A stretch of 40,357 nt of DNA from Candidatus Moraniibacteriota bacterium (GTDB lineage Bacteria > Patescibacteriota > Minisyncoccia > JAHIHE01 > JAGLIN01): contig DAOWDS010000029.1 of NCBI GenBank assembly GCA_030638895.1, positions 1 to 40,357 on the forward strand. The letters are read 5' to 3'. The notes below the pieces were generated by a model, which worked only from the letters and a program-made list of their open reading frames with translations, ran no database searches and had not been told where the DNA came from. Made by a program: the position numbers and the translations under genes. Of the stretch, positions 1-8,486 are shown piece by piece (within the stretch, counting starts at the first letter, position 1; each line of letters opens with the position of its first letter).

Positions 1-78
1 AAAGAAAATATAATAAAAGAAAAAATAAACAAAAAAGTTAGATATAAGGCAGTTAGAAAAATTAGGTTTGAGATATAA
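1..78 (+). CDS. 3' end of a probable DUF721/DciA-family protein (truncated by window edge)
   Basis: Frame 1 reads KENIIKEKINKKVRYKAVRKIRFEI* (TAA 76-78), resembling the 'IxxxINxx...VxxIRF' C-terminus of DciA/DUF721; only 25 aa visible. Confidence 0.45.
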   Translation, partial: KENIIKEKINKKVRYKAVRKIRFEI

Positions 79-189
79 ATTAAATATAAAACCTATTTTT
101 TATGTGAATGAAGTTAACTATTATTTTTTCAAACGTGTAAATCTTAAAATATAATAAAAGCTTAGTGTAAATTAATTTAGAAATCTATT

Positions 190-2919
190 ATGAAAAAAAA
201 TAAATTTATTATATTTTTATTAACCCCCATTTTGATTGTTGGGATTTTTTTAATTTATGGCAGTTTTATTTTAGCAAGCGAAGTTGATTATATTGTGATT
301 TCAAAAATTCAAATCGGCGGGAAGACGGTTTATGATGAGTTTATAGAGTTATATAATCCGACAGATCAAGAAATAAATCTTGAAAACTGGGATTTAAAAA
401 GAAAAACAAAAAGCGGGAGTGAAAACAATATGCTAAATAATATTGAAGGCATAATTCCAGCTTATGGATATTTTTTAATTGTTCCAAGAGCTAATTGCGG
501 CAGCAATAATAGTGAAAATTGTTATAACGGATTCATTATTGCTGATGATAAATATACAACAAATAGTTTTTTAGCAAAAAATAATACTATTTTATTATAT
601 GATGATAATAAAAATTTAGTTGATAAAGTTGGATGGGGCGAGGCAGGTGATTTTGAGGGTAAAGTTATTAACATAAATCCGGAAAACAATCAGAGCCTGG
701 AAAGAATAAATATTAATGGCATTGTTCAAGACCTAGATAATAATAAAAATGATTTTATTTTGCGAGATAATTTAGGGCCGCAGAATTCGAGCGTTGTTAA
801 TAATCAGGAGAATATTGGACAAAATAATAAAGATCAAGAAGTAAAAGATTTCGAATCCTTTGAACATTCGGAATCTAGTTTTGATCAAGATGCTAAAAAT
901 AATAATGATAGCGAGAAAGAAGAATCTACTCAGGAGAGTGGACCTAATGATGAAGATGATAATTTAGACAAAGAGAGTAAAAATGATGCGGATAACGATA
1001 ACAGCGGTGATAATAGTCAAAATGATTATACACAAGATAGTCCCATAGCCTTTCAGGACTATAAAGCCAGCAGCTTAAATAATTCCATGCAGGAGAATGG
1101 AGTTAGTAAAAAAACACACCCCAATTCCTCTCAAGGGGGGAATAAAATAATAATCATGGAATTTTTGCCAAATCCGGAAGATAGCGATAGGGACAATGAA
1201 TTTATTGAGATATATAATGATAGCGATGTAGAAGCTGATTTGAGTGGATGGATTTTGGAAGATAAAATTGGAAAAATAAAAAAGTTTGTCATTCCATTTA
1301 GGACTGAAATAAGCGCTGGAAAATACAAAGTATTTTATAGCGATGAAACAAAAATAATTTTAAATAATTCAGGAGATGGTGTTGTTTTGAGAGACGATAA
1401 AAATAATATTATAGACGAAACTTCAATAAGCGGTTCTGTACAGGAGGAACAGTCATATATCTTAGATAAAAATGGGAACTGGGTTTTAACTTTAAGACCA
1501 ACACCAGGGAGAGAAAATATAATTAAAGCGGAAGAAAAAATTATTTTTGAAAAGGTAAAAGAATTTAGCCTGGAAACTGAAGTTAATGAAGAAAAAGAGT
1601 CCGACTCCAAAGCTTCGGAGTTGGACTTCTTTTCTGCTGATCGCGGCGAACAAGACAGTTCTACACAGGAAAATAAAACCAACACGGGCTATAATTATTC
1701 TGACAGAATAGTTATTTCAGAAATTTATCCCAATCCTTTTGGCAGAGATAATAGAGAGGGCAATTATGAATGGATAGAATTATATAATAATTCCGATGAA
1801 AATGTAAACTTGAGAGGCTGGCAGATAGATGATATTTTAGAAAAAGGAAGCAGTGGATATATAATAAAGGAAGACAAAATAATTAAAGCAAGAAATTTTG
1901 CGGTTTTTGAAAATATTCAAACAAAAATAATACTTAACAATCCTGGCGATGAAGTTAATATTTTTTGGCCTGACGGAAAAATTATTGACAACATAAAATA
2001 TAAAAATGCAAGCGAAGGATTTTCATATAACAGGACTACTAATTCTTGGGCATGGAGCAAAGAAATTACTCCAGAAAAAAATAATAAAATTAGAATAATT
2101 AAAATAGAGAAGAAGTTAGATAAAAATGACTTAGAAAGAAGTTCTATTTTGGATGTTGAAAATATAAAAGAGGAGCCGAGTAAAATTGAAGACATAAAAA
2201 TTGATTATTTAGAAGCCAATATAAAAGACATTAAACACTTTTTAAGGAATTCAAGGATAAAAGTTTCTGGAGTTATTTCTACTCCGCCGGGAATATTTGC
2301 TGATAATATTTTTTATTTATCTGGAAGCGGAATTCAAGTTTATAGTTATAAAATAAAAGTTCCGGAAATTGAATTAGGAGATAAAATTGAAATAATTGGC
2401 AAAGTTTCAGAAGTTGGGGGAGAAAAAAGAATATTAATAGATAATTTAAAAAATATAAAAATTTTAAGCCGTAATCATTTAATTGAAGCTCAATTAGTTT
2501 TAACTGGAAACATAAATGAATCCGTAGAGGGATATCTAGTTGTTGTTGAAGGAAAAGTTTCACAAATAAAAAAAGACGTATTTTATCTTAACGATGGAAG
2601 CGGTGAAGTAAAAATTTATATTAAGCCTCAAACACAAATTGAAAAATTGGAAATAAAAAAAGATGATTGGATGACAATTACGGGACAGGTAAGCCAGACA
2701 TCTCTTGGTTATAGAATTTTGCCGAGATTTCAGGGAGATGTGAAATTGAGTAAGGTCTCAGGAATTTCAACCGCGCAAGCTTTTTTGGAAACTAAAGAAA
2801 TTAAAGAAAAAAACGAAAATACTAAAAACAAAAATTTATTGCGGAATATATTATTTTTTATGATAATAACAATAGTTTTGATTGATTGGATAAAAATGAA
2901 AATTAAAAACCATAAGTAG
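190..2919 (+). CDS. Membrane-anchored lamin-tail-domain (LTD) protein: 3 LTDs, acidic linkers, 2 OB-fold-like C-terminal domains
   Basis: N-terminal hydrophobic signal; three LTD starts (IVISKI..EFIELYN, IIIMEFLPNP..EFIEIYN, IVISEIYPNP..EWIELYN; TPG ending); OB-like 'VEGKVSQ..FYLNDGSGEVKIY..ITGQV..YRILPR'; C-terminal TM helix. Confidence 0.85.
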   Translation: MKKNKFIIFLLTPILIVGIFLIYGSFILASEVDYIVISKIQIGGKTVYDEFIELYNPTDQEINLENWDLKRKTKSGSENNMLNNIEGIIPAYGYFLIVPRANCGSNNSENCYNGFIIADDKYTTNSFLAKNNTILLYDDNKNLVDKVGWGEAGDFEGKVININPENNQSLERININGIVQDLDNNKNDFILRDNLGPQNSSVVNNQENIGQNNKDQEVKDFESFEHSESSFDQDAKNNNDSEKEESTQESGPNDEDDNLDKESKNDADNDNSGDNSQNDYTQDSPIAFQDYKASSLNNSMQENGVSKKTHPNSSQGGNKIIIMEFLPNPEDSDRDNEFIEIYNDSDVEADLSGWILEDKIGKIKKFVIPFRTEISAGKYKVFYSDETKIILNNSGDGVVLRDDKNNIIDETSISGSVQEEQSYILDKNGNWVLTLRPTPGRENIIKAEEKIIFEKVKEFSLETEVNEEKESDSKASELDFFSADRGEQDSSTQENKTNTGYNYSDRIVISEIYPNPFGRDNREGNYEWIELYNNSDENVNLRGWQIDDILEKGSSGYIIKEDKIIKARNFAVFENIQTKIILNNPGDEVNIFWPDGKIIDNIKYKNASEGFSYNRTTNSWAWSKEITPEKNNKIRIIKIEKKLDKNDLERSSILDVENIKEEPSKIEDIKIDYLEANIKDIKHFLRNSRIKVSGVISTPPGIFADNIFYLSGSGIQVYSYKIKVPEIELGDKIEIIGKVSEVGGEKRILIDNLKNIKILSRNHLIEAQLVLTGNINESVEGYLVVVEGKVSQIKKDVFYLNDGSGEVKIYIKPQTQIEKLEIKKDDWMTITGQVSQTSLGYRILPRFQGDVKLSKVSGISTAQAFLETKEIKEKNENTKNKNLLRNILFFMIITIVLIDWIKMKIKNHK
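1114..1143. repeat. GC-rich hairpin element in frame within the LTD gene (encodes THPNSSQGGN)
   Basis: ACACACCCCAATTCCTCTCAAGGGGGGAAT; stem ATTCCTCT/GGGGGAAT with G-T pairs; same layout as 5129-5160. Confidence 0.6.
1598..1627. repeat. 30-bp near-perfect palindrome (REP-like) in frame within the LTD gene
   Basis: AGTCCGACTCCAAAG|CTTCGGAGTTGGACT, 13 of 15 positions complementary. Confidence 0.7.
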
Positions 2920-2987
2920 GTTTTATTTATTTGCATATTTTGCTAAATTTTATAATAATGAATATATTATAATTATTAAAAAAACAT

Positions 2988-3287
2988 ATGAAAAAGCTAT
3001 ATAATGCAAGCGGACATATTAAAATTAATTTAATTGAAAGAGTTCTTAAAGAGGCCAAGAGAAAGGGGAATCTTCCTAATGTTCCTTCTTTAAAAATAAA
3101 ATATTTTATAGAAAGTCTTGAAGAAGAAATAAAGAAGTTTAAATCAAGGGTTGGAACGCAAATAAATAGGCGTGAAATGGAATTTTTATTTAAACAAATG
3201 ATGCGCAAGGACTATGATAAAATTACAGATAGGGAGCTTAAAATTATTGAGGAAATTCTTTTAGATAAAGATTTTAGAATTGGATAA
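2988..3287 (+). CDS. Hypothetical protein (99 aa)
   Basis: Clean ORF on the coding strand in a gene-sized gap; TATAAT at 2951; no recognised motif. Confidence 0.7.
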   Translation: MKKLYNASGHIKINLIERVLKEAKRKGNLPNVPSLKIKYFIESLEEEIKKFKSRVGTQINRREMEFLFKQMMRKDYDKITDRELKIIEEILLDKDFRIG

Positions 3288-3339
3288 AATAAATTGTCAT
3301 AAATTACGCCACTTTTAAGAACTAATAATTTGTTTTAAG

Positions 3340-3828
3340 ATGACTAAGTTAAAAATAAAGCATCTTTTCTTAGCTATGGGGTTGATAATAATTTTTTTTA
3401 TTTCTATTTTTTTGTCTAAAAACGAGATATATATAAATGATTTAAACAAATTAAAAACAAAAAACACATCCCAAGTATGTATTTCAAAAAATTGTTTTTT
3501 TGTGGAAATTGCAGATACTGCTCAAAAAAGAGAAAATGGATTAATGAATAGAAAAAATGTGCCAAATAATAGCGGCATGTTTTTTATTTTTAAAAAAGAA
3601 GGAAATTATACTTTTTGGATGCGAAACACTTTAATCTCGCTTGATATAATTTGGATTGATAAAAATAATAAAATAATATATATAGAAAAAAATGCTCAGC
3701 CATGCACGACTGAACAATGTAAAACCTTTGGACCAGATCAAAAAGCAAAATATATTTTGGAAATAAACGGAGGACTGGCAGGGGAAATGGGGTTTAAGGC
3801 TGGAGACATAGTGGTATGGCAGAAATGA
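3340..3828 (+). CDS. DUF192 family protein
   Basis: VEIADT..GLM.R, GMFF.F, FWMRNTLISLDIIW, YILEINGG motifs; N-terminal TM. Confidence 0.92.
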   Translation: MTKLKIKHLFLAMGLIIIFFISIFLSKNEIYINDLNKLKTKNTSQVCISKNCFFVEIADTAQKRENGLMNRKNVPNNSGMFFIFKKEGNYTFWMRNTLISLDIIWIDKNNKIIYIEKNAQPCTTEQCKTFGPDQKAKYILEINGGLAGEMGFKAGDIVVWQK

Positions 3829-3973
3829 GTTTAAAACCTATTTCTATCACGTATAAAAATATTTTCACGGTATATATTATTTAATTCAAATATAGGCGCG
3901 TTTAAAACGAGGGCGTATGTGAAACGTTCTTATAGGGAAGATATTATAGGAATCTCTGAAAAACGAAGTTTTT

Positions 3974-4000
3974 GTCATTCCCTTACAGAAGGGAATCTAG
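3974..4000. repeat. GTCATTCCC-type palindromic element (ATTCCC-N8-GGGAAT, dRS3-like core)
   Basis: GTCATTCCCTTACAGAAGGGAATCTAG; core 3977-3996. Confidence 0.65.
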
Positions 4001-4096
4001 AATTTAAGGCAAAAAATAAATTATAAAATTGAAATTTATTAGTTTATCAGAATTTCCTGTATGTCTTTATATATATTCAGCCACAATAATTTTTTA

Positions 4097-4124
4097 TTGA
4101 CCAGTTTATTTTAACTGGTATAAT
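4097..4124 (+). promoter_or_regulatory. Sigma70-type promoter with extended -10 and an inverted repeat across the spacer
   Basis: TTGACC(4097-4102)-16 nt-TATAAT(4119-4124) with TGn; ACCAGTT/AACTGGT inverted repeat at 4100-4119. Confidence 0.7.
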
Positions 4125-4158
4125 TTATAAAAGTGATAATTAATTTAAGTATTTTACT

Positions 4159-4500
4159 ATGAAAAGTGAAAACTGACTTAAACCAGTGAAACCAATAGAG
4201 CCGACTGTTAATGAAGTGCCAGAAAAAATAAAAGCATTTGGTGATATGTCAGAAGAAGAACTACAAGTAACAATAAAAATTCTTGAAAAAAACGAAATGA
4301 AAAATAGAGATGCTATACAAAAAATACGAAAGAATATAAAAAAAGCTTCAAGCTTTAGTGGAGAGAACGCGTTTCGGAATAAGTTGCAGAATAATTTTAA
4401 TGGAATTGCTTGCAATGGTGACTGTAAATCAATGGATTTTAAAACCTACTTACGCTGTGATAAGGTTAGAGATATTGGTGGAAAATATAATCCCAAATAG
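4159..4500 (+). pseudogene. Hypothetical protein; ATG 4159 in frame but interrupted by TGA at 4174 (alternatively an intact gene from GTG 4186)
   Basis: ATG AAA AGT GAA AAC TGA CTT AAA CCA GTG..., same frame as the 104-aa ORF; C-terminal Cys residues CNGDC..C. Confidence 0.5.
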
Positions 4501-4628
4501 TATTTATAATTTGAAGTCATAGAAATTTCAATATTTTTTTAAAAATTAAGAGACACCGTTTTAAACAAGGACAGCTCTTTGGGAAATATATAGCAAAAGT
4601 ACTTTTTTATTGGAAATATTACAATTTT

Positions 4629-5396
4629 ATGTCTGGACATAATAAGTGGTCAAAAATTAAAAGGCAAAAAGGAGTTGCTGATGTGAAGAAAGGGAAGATT
4701 TTTTCACAGCTCTCAAAACAAATTGCACTTGAGGCAAAAAATAGCGGAGATCCTGCAATGAACCCGGCATTAAAGCTTACAATTGAAAAAGCAAAGCAAT
4801 CCAATATGCCTGCTGATAATATTATAAAAGCAATTAAAAAAGGAACTGGGGAAATTGAAGGAGGAACGATTGAAGAGGTTTTATATGAGGCCTATGGTCC
4901 AGAGGGAACTGCTCTTATAATTGAAGGAACTACAGATAATACAAACAGAACAGTAGCGGAAATAAAACACATTCTTTCCAAAAATAACGGGCGGCTTGGA
5001 GAAGCTGGAAGCGTAAAATGGATGTTTAATAGATTTGGATATATTGAGATTGATAAAAAAAGTTTGCAAATCAGCGAAGAAGAAACAGAAATGATGATTA
5101 TTGATTCTGGTGCAGAAGATTTTAGTGTTCCAACCCCCCAACCCCCCTTATCAGGGGAAACTATAGAAGGTCAAGTTATTGTAGTTTATACAAAGCCAGA
5201 AGATTTATATAAAGTAAAAGAGAATCTAGAAAAAAATAATTTGATAATTGGTGATGTTGGTTTTGAATGGAAGGCAAAAAATACAATCAAAATTAAAGAT
5301 GAAAAAATTCATAATAGAATTGAAAAACTTTTTGAAGCTCTTGATGAACAAGAAGACGTGAATGATGTTAGTTCAAGTTTAGAGGAATGGGACTGA
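4629..5396 (+). CDS. yebC: YebC/PmpR family protein
   Basis: MSGHNKWSKIKRQKG, YEAYGPEG, TDNTNRT motifs; upstream of ruvC. Confidence 0.97.
   Translation: MSGHNKWSKIKRQKGVADVKKGKIFSQLSKQIALEAKNSGDPAMNPALKLTIEKAKQSNMPADNIIKAIKKGTGEIEGGTIEEVLYEAYGPEGTALIIEGTTDNTNRTVAEIKHILSKNNGRLGEAGSVKWMFNRFGYIEIDKKSLQISEEETEMMIIDSGAEDFSVPTPQPPLSGETIEGQVIVVYTKPEDLYKVKENLEKNNLIIGDVGFEWKAKNTIKIKDEKIHNRIEKLFEALDEQEDVNDVSSSLEEWD
5129..5160. repeat. C-rich hairpin element in frame in yebC (encodes PTPQPPLSGE)
   Basis: CCAACCCCCCAACCCCCCTTATCAGGGGAAA; stem CCCCT-TATC-AGGGG. Confidence 0.7.
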
Positions 5397-5455
5397 ATCT
5401 TAAATTAAATTTTTTAATTTTAATCAAATTAAATCTTAGTGAAAAAATAACATAT

Positions 5456-5575
5456 AAAAAACAAGAGATAAGAAACAAAGACACAAACAAATTCAAAATC
5501 ACAATAATCAATCCGTTTGAAATTTGTGATTTGATTATTAGAATTTTTTGATTATTGTATCTTGCATCCTTATAA
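5456..5575. repeat. Degenerate heptamer-like tracts in inverted arrangement
   Basis: A/C-rich tract (aaacaag agataag aaacaaa..aaaatca caataat) followed by a complementary T/G-rich tract (tttgtga tttgatt attagaa..ttgtatc ttgcatc). Confidence 0.5.
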
Positions 5576-5627
5576 TTTAATTTATGATATTTTTTTGATT
5601 CACTGTTCTAAATTTTAAATTTATTTT

Positions 5628-6122
5628 ATGATTATTCTCGGTATTGACCCCGGAACTGCAATTACTGGTTTTGGTGTGATTGAGAGTCAAAATAATAAAT
5701 TAAAAGTTATAGACGCTGGCTGTATCAAAACTGATAAAAATTTAGATATGTCCGAAAGGCTTGATTTGATTGCGAAAAAATTAAAAAATATTATAAAGAA
5801 ATATAAACCCCAAATAATGGCTGTTGAAGAATTATTCTATTTTAAGAATAAGAAAACTGTAATAACAGTTGCGCAAGCCCGAGGGGTTATTTTATTTATG
5901 GGTAAAAATCAAGGAATAGAGATCTGTGAATATACTCCTTTACAGGTTAAACAGGCAGTGGTAGGATATGGTCGTGCTGAGAAAAAACAGGTTCAACAGA
6001 TGGTTAAGTTAATTTTAGGCTTAAAAGAAATTCCTAAACCAGATGACGTAGCAGATGCGCTTGCAGTGGCGGTTTGTTGTGAAAGTAGTTATAAATTTGA
6101 GAAGAAAATTAACAAAAAATAA
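5628..6122 (+). CDS. ruvC: Holliday junction resolvase RuvC
   Basis: ILGIDPG, AVEELF, QARGV, YTPLQVK..GYGRAEK, PDDVADALAVA. Confidence 0.98.
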   Translation: MIILGIDPGTAITGFGVIESQNNKLKVIDAGCIKTDKNLDMSERLDLIAKKLKNIIKKYKPQIMAVEELFYFKNKKTVITVAQARGVILFMGKNQGIEICEYTPLQVKQAVVGYGRAEKKQVQQMVKLILGLKEIPKPDDVADALAVAVCCESSYKFEKKINKK

Positions 6123-6182
6123 AGTATTTAATATTGAGTGTTAGGCACAAAGCTTAATACTTAATACTTAATACTTAATACT
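6122..6182. repeat. Heptamer tandem repeat (CTTAATA)x4 preceded by a degenerate inverted copy
   Basis: Exact units at 6153-6180; 6122-6148 (agtattt aatattg agtgtta) is a degenerate reverse complement. Confidence 0.8.
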
Positions 6183-6188
6183 ATTTTT

Positions 6189-6836
6189 ATGTCAGAAATA
6201 ATTAATTTAATATTAAGCCAAGGAGTTGATGTTGATACTGTTTATCTAATCCTTACTCTGCCGTTTATCGCGACTCTTATTGCCGCCTTTAGACAATTGA
6301 TTGGGATTAAATCATTTGGTATTTATACTCCGCTTGTTTTAACGTTTGCTTTTTGGGCGGTTGGATTAAAATATGGATTAACTATATTTATAATAATCTT
6401 TTTAACTGGTACTGTAGTTAGATATGTTCTTAAAAATTTCCGTCTTTTATATATGCCTAGAATGGCGCTTGTTTTAACGGTAATTAGTTTGGCAATTCTG
6501 GTTTTACTTACAGTTGGTGGATATCTTCAAAAAACCGGATTGGCTTCAGTGTCCATTTTGCCGATTCTTATCTTAATAACTCTTATAGAAAAGTTTATTT
6601 CAACCCAAGTTGAGAAGGGATTTAGAACGGCGGCATTTCTTTCAGTTGAAACACTTGCTATTTCCATAGCAGGCTACTATTTTATAATCTGGGATGTTTT
6701 TAGGGGTTTAGTTTTAAATCATCCGGAGTATATTTTGTTGTTGTTTGCGGTTAATGTATTTTTAGGTAAATGGACGGGGGTTAGATTAAGCGAATATTTA
6801 AGATTTAGAGAAGTTATAAAAAATATTGATAGATAA
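6189..6836 (+). CDS. 7TM domain protein (7TM_transglut type) associated with ATP-grasp ligases
   Basis: RQLIGIKSFGIYTP, LLYMPRMA, LPILILITLIEK, LGKWTGVRLSEYLRF; multiple TM helices; adjacent to a glutamate-ligase-like gene. Confidence 0.85.
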   Translation: MSEIINLILSQGVDVDTVYLILTLPFIATLIAAFRQLIGIKSFGIYTPLVLTFAFWAVGLKYGLTIFIIIFLTGTVVRYVLKNFRLLYMPRMALVLTVISLAILVLLTVGGYLQKTGLASVSILPILILITLIEKFISTQVEKGFRTAAFLSVETLAISIAGYYFIIWDVFRGLVLNHPEYILLLFAVNVFLGKWTGVRLSEYLRFREVIKNIDR

Positions 6837-6840
6837 AAAC

Positions 6841-6953
6841 AAATTGTTAAATTGCCAAACTGTTAAATTGTTACGCGCGGCATAGCAATTTGTATGGTGT
6901 AATTATGAATATGCGTTATACATAATAATTTAGCAATGTAGTAATTTAACAAT
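6841..6953. repeat. Octamer tandem repeats (AAATTGTT-like x4) with an inverted tract (AGCAATTT-like)
   Basis: aaattgtt aaattgcc aaactgtt aaattgtt at 6841-6872; taattt agcaatgt agtaattt aacaat at ~6926-6953. Confidence 0.65.
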
Positions 6954-6959
6954 AGAACT

Positions 6960-8486
6960 ATGTTTACTTTAATAAAAAATAGCAAAGGTATTCTTGGGAT
7001 GAATGCCAGAAACTTTTCTTATATTAGACCAAACAATTTTCAAGGAGCGATTCGTTTGGCGAATAATAAATTGCGAAGTAAAGAAGTGCTTTTAAAAGCG
7101 GAAGTTCCTATTCCAAAGGTTTATGGTATTATTAAGAATAGACTTGAGCTGGAAATTTTTAAATGGGGCGATTTGCCAAAAACTTTTGTTTTAAAGCCAA
7201 ATCGCGGCAAAGGAGGAGAAGGGATAAAAGTGATTTTTGGACAAAAAAAAGATTTGAGCTGGGTCTCCACACAAGGCAAAACTATCACTATAAAAAATTT
7301 AAAAGACCATATTAGGGACATTTTTGAAGGATTTTATTCTTTTTCCGGAACATCAGACATCGCTTTTTTTGAAGAAAGAATTCAGCTTTTGAAAGTTCTT
7401 AAACCATATTCTTATGAAGGCATTCCTGATGTTAGAGTAATTATTTATAATAAAGTTCCGGTAATGGCGATGCTTCGTCTTCCGACCAGAGAGTCTGGCG
7501 GAAAATCCAATCTGCATTTGGGGGGCGTGGGGCTGGGAGTAGATATTGCTAATGGCGTTACAACAAATGCCATAATGCGCGATCAGCTGATTGAAAAACA
7601 TCCGGACACAAAATTAATTTTAAGCGGAATAAAAATTCCTAATTGGAAAGAAATTTTGGAAATCGCGATTAAATGCCAAGAAGCTTCAGGATTAGGATAT
7701 ATTGGTGTTGATGTTGCAATTGACAGCGGGCGCGGTCCTGTTGTGCTGGAAATAAATGCTCATGCCGGACTTTCAATCCAAATTGCCAATCTTGCGCCGC
7801 TAAAGTACCGTTTGCAAAAAATAAGCGGCTTAAAAGTAAAAAACGAAGCGCGTGGGATTAGAATCGCGCAAGATCTTTTTGGAGGTGAAATTGAAGAAGA
7901 AATTGAAGAAATTTCAGGAAAACAGGTTTTAGGAATTATTGAGGCCATTAAAATTAAACATAAGGTAAAAGAAAATGAAGAAACAAATAAAGACAGAAAA
8001 GATAAATTAAACATAGAAAAACAAGAAGATAAGCCAGAAGAAATGGAATTAAGAGCAAAAATTGATACAGGAGCAGATTTATCTTCAATCGACAAGTCTT
8101 TGGCAAAAAATCTTGGATATGCAGAAATTATAGATGAATTTGATGAAGCGATAAAAAACATTAAAATTGATACCGCTTTAACAAAAGAAATTTTAGATGA
8201 ACAAATTAAAGATAAACTTGAAAAATGGGGAGACGGCATTGATACTGTTATTATTAAATCTAGTCACGGAGCAACTTTTAGGCTTGTTATAAAAATGAAT
8301 ATAACACTTTCTGGCGTGGAAATTATTTCTAAAATGTCCGTCACAGACAGAAGCAATCTCGAATTTCCTATAATTATTGGGAGAAAAAGTTTAGGAAAAT
8401 TTTTAGTTGATCCAAGTAAAAAGTCTAAGGCGATTTTTGGGAAAGAAGTAAACGTGACTAATAATAAAAATAATTTAGAAAAATGA
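6960..8486 (+). CDS. Alpha-L-glutamate ligase-like ATP-grasp protein fused to a C-terminal retropepsin-like (RimB-type) aspartic protease
   Basis: LGMNARN, FVLKPNRGKGGEGI, GIPDVRVI, AMLRLPT..GKSNLHLGG, LEINAHAGLSIQIAN; C-terminal AKIDTGADLSSID..DRSNLEFPIIIGRK. Confidence 0.88.
   Translation: MFTLIKNSKGILGMNARNFSYIRPNNFQGAIRLANNKLRSKEVLLKAEVPIPKVYGIIKNRLELEIFKWGDLPKTFVLKPNRGKGGEGIKVIFGQKKDLSWVSTQGKTITIKNLKDHIRDIFEGFYSFSGTSDIAFFEERIQLLKVLKPYSYEGIPDVRVIIYNKVPVMAMLRLPTRESGGKSNLHLGGVGLGVDIANGVTTNAIMRDQLIEKHPDTKLILSGIKIPNWKEILEIAIKCQEASGLGYIGVDVAIDSGRGPVVLEINAHAGLSIQIANLAPLKYRLQKISGLKVKNEARGIRIAQDLFGGEIEEEIEEISGKQVLGIIEAIKIKHKVKENEETNKDRKDKLNIEKQEDKPEEMELRAKIDTGADLSSIDKSLAKNLGYAEIIDEFDEAIKNIKIDTALTKEILDEQIKDKLEKWGDGIDTVIIKSSHGATFRLVIKMNITLSGVEIISKMSVTDRSNLEFPIIIGRKSLGKFLVDPSKKSKAIFGKEVNVTNNKNNLEK

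Noticed and set aside
3830-3970. Possible tRNA or structured ncRNA in the intergenic gap
   Set aside because: No cloverleaf or T-loop consensus visible; a covariance-model search would be needed to exclude others
4174-4176. In-frame TGA as evidence for genetic code 25 (TGA=Gly)
   Set aside because: Long genes have no internal TGA, and TGA ends DUF192, yebC, ROK and several ATGA-coupled genes, so code 11 applies
6153-6180. Tandem repeats or REP doublets as a CRISPR array
   Set aside because: No regularly spaced 25-40 bp repeats with unique spacers, and no cas genes
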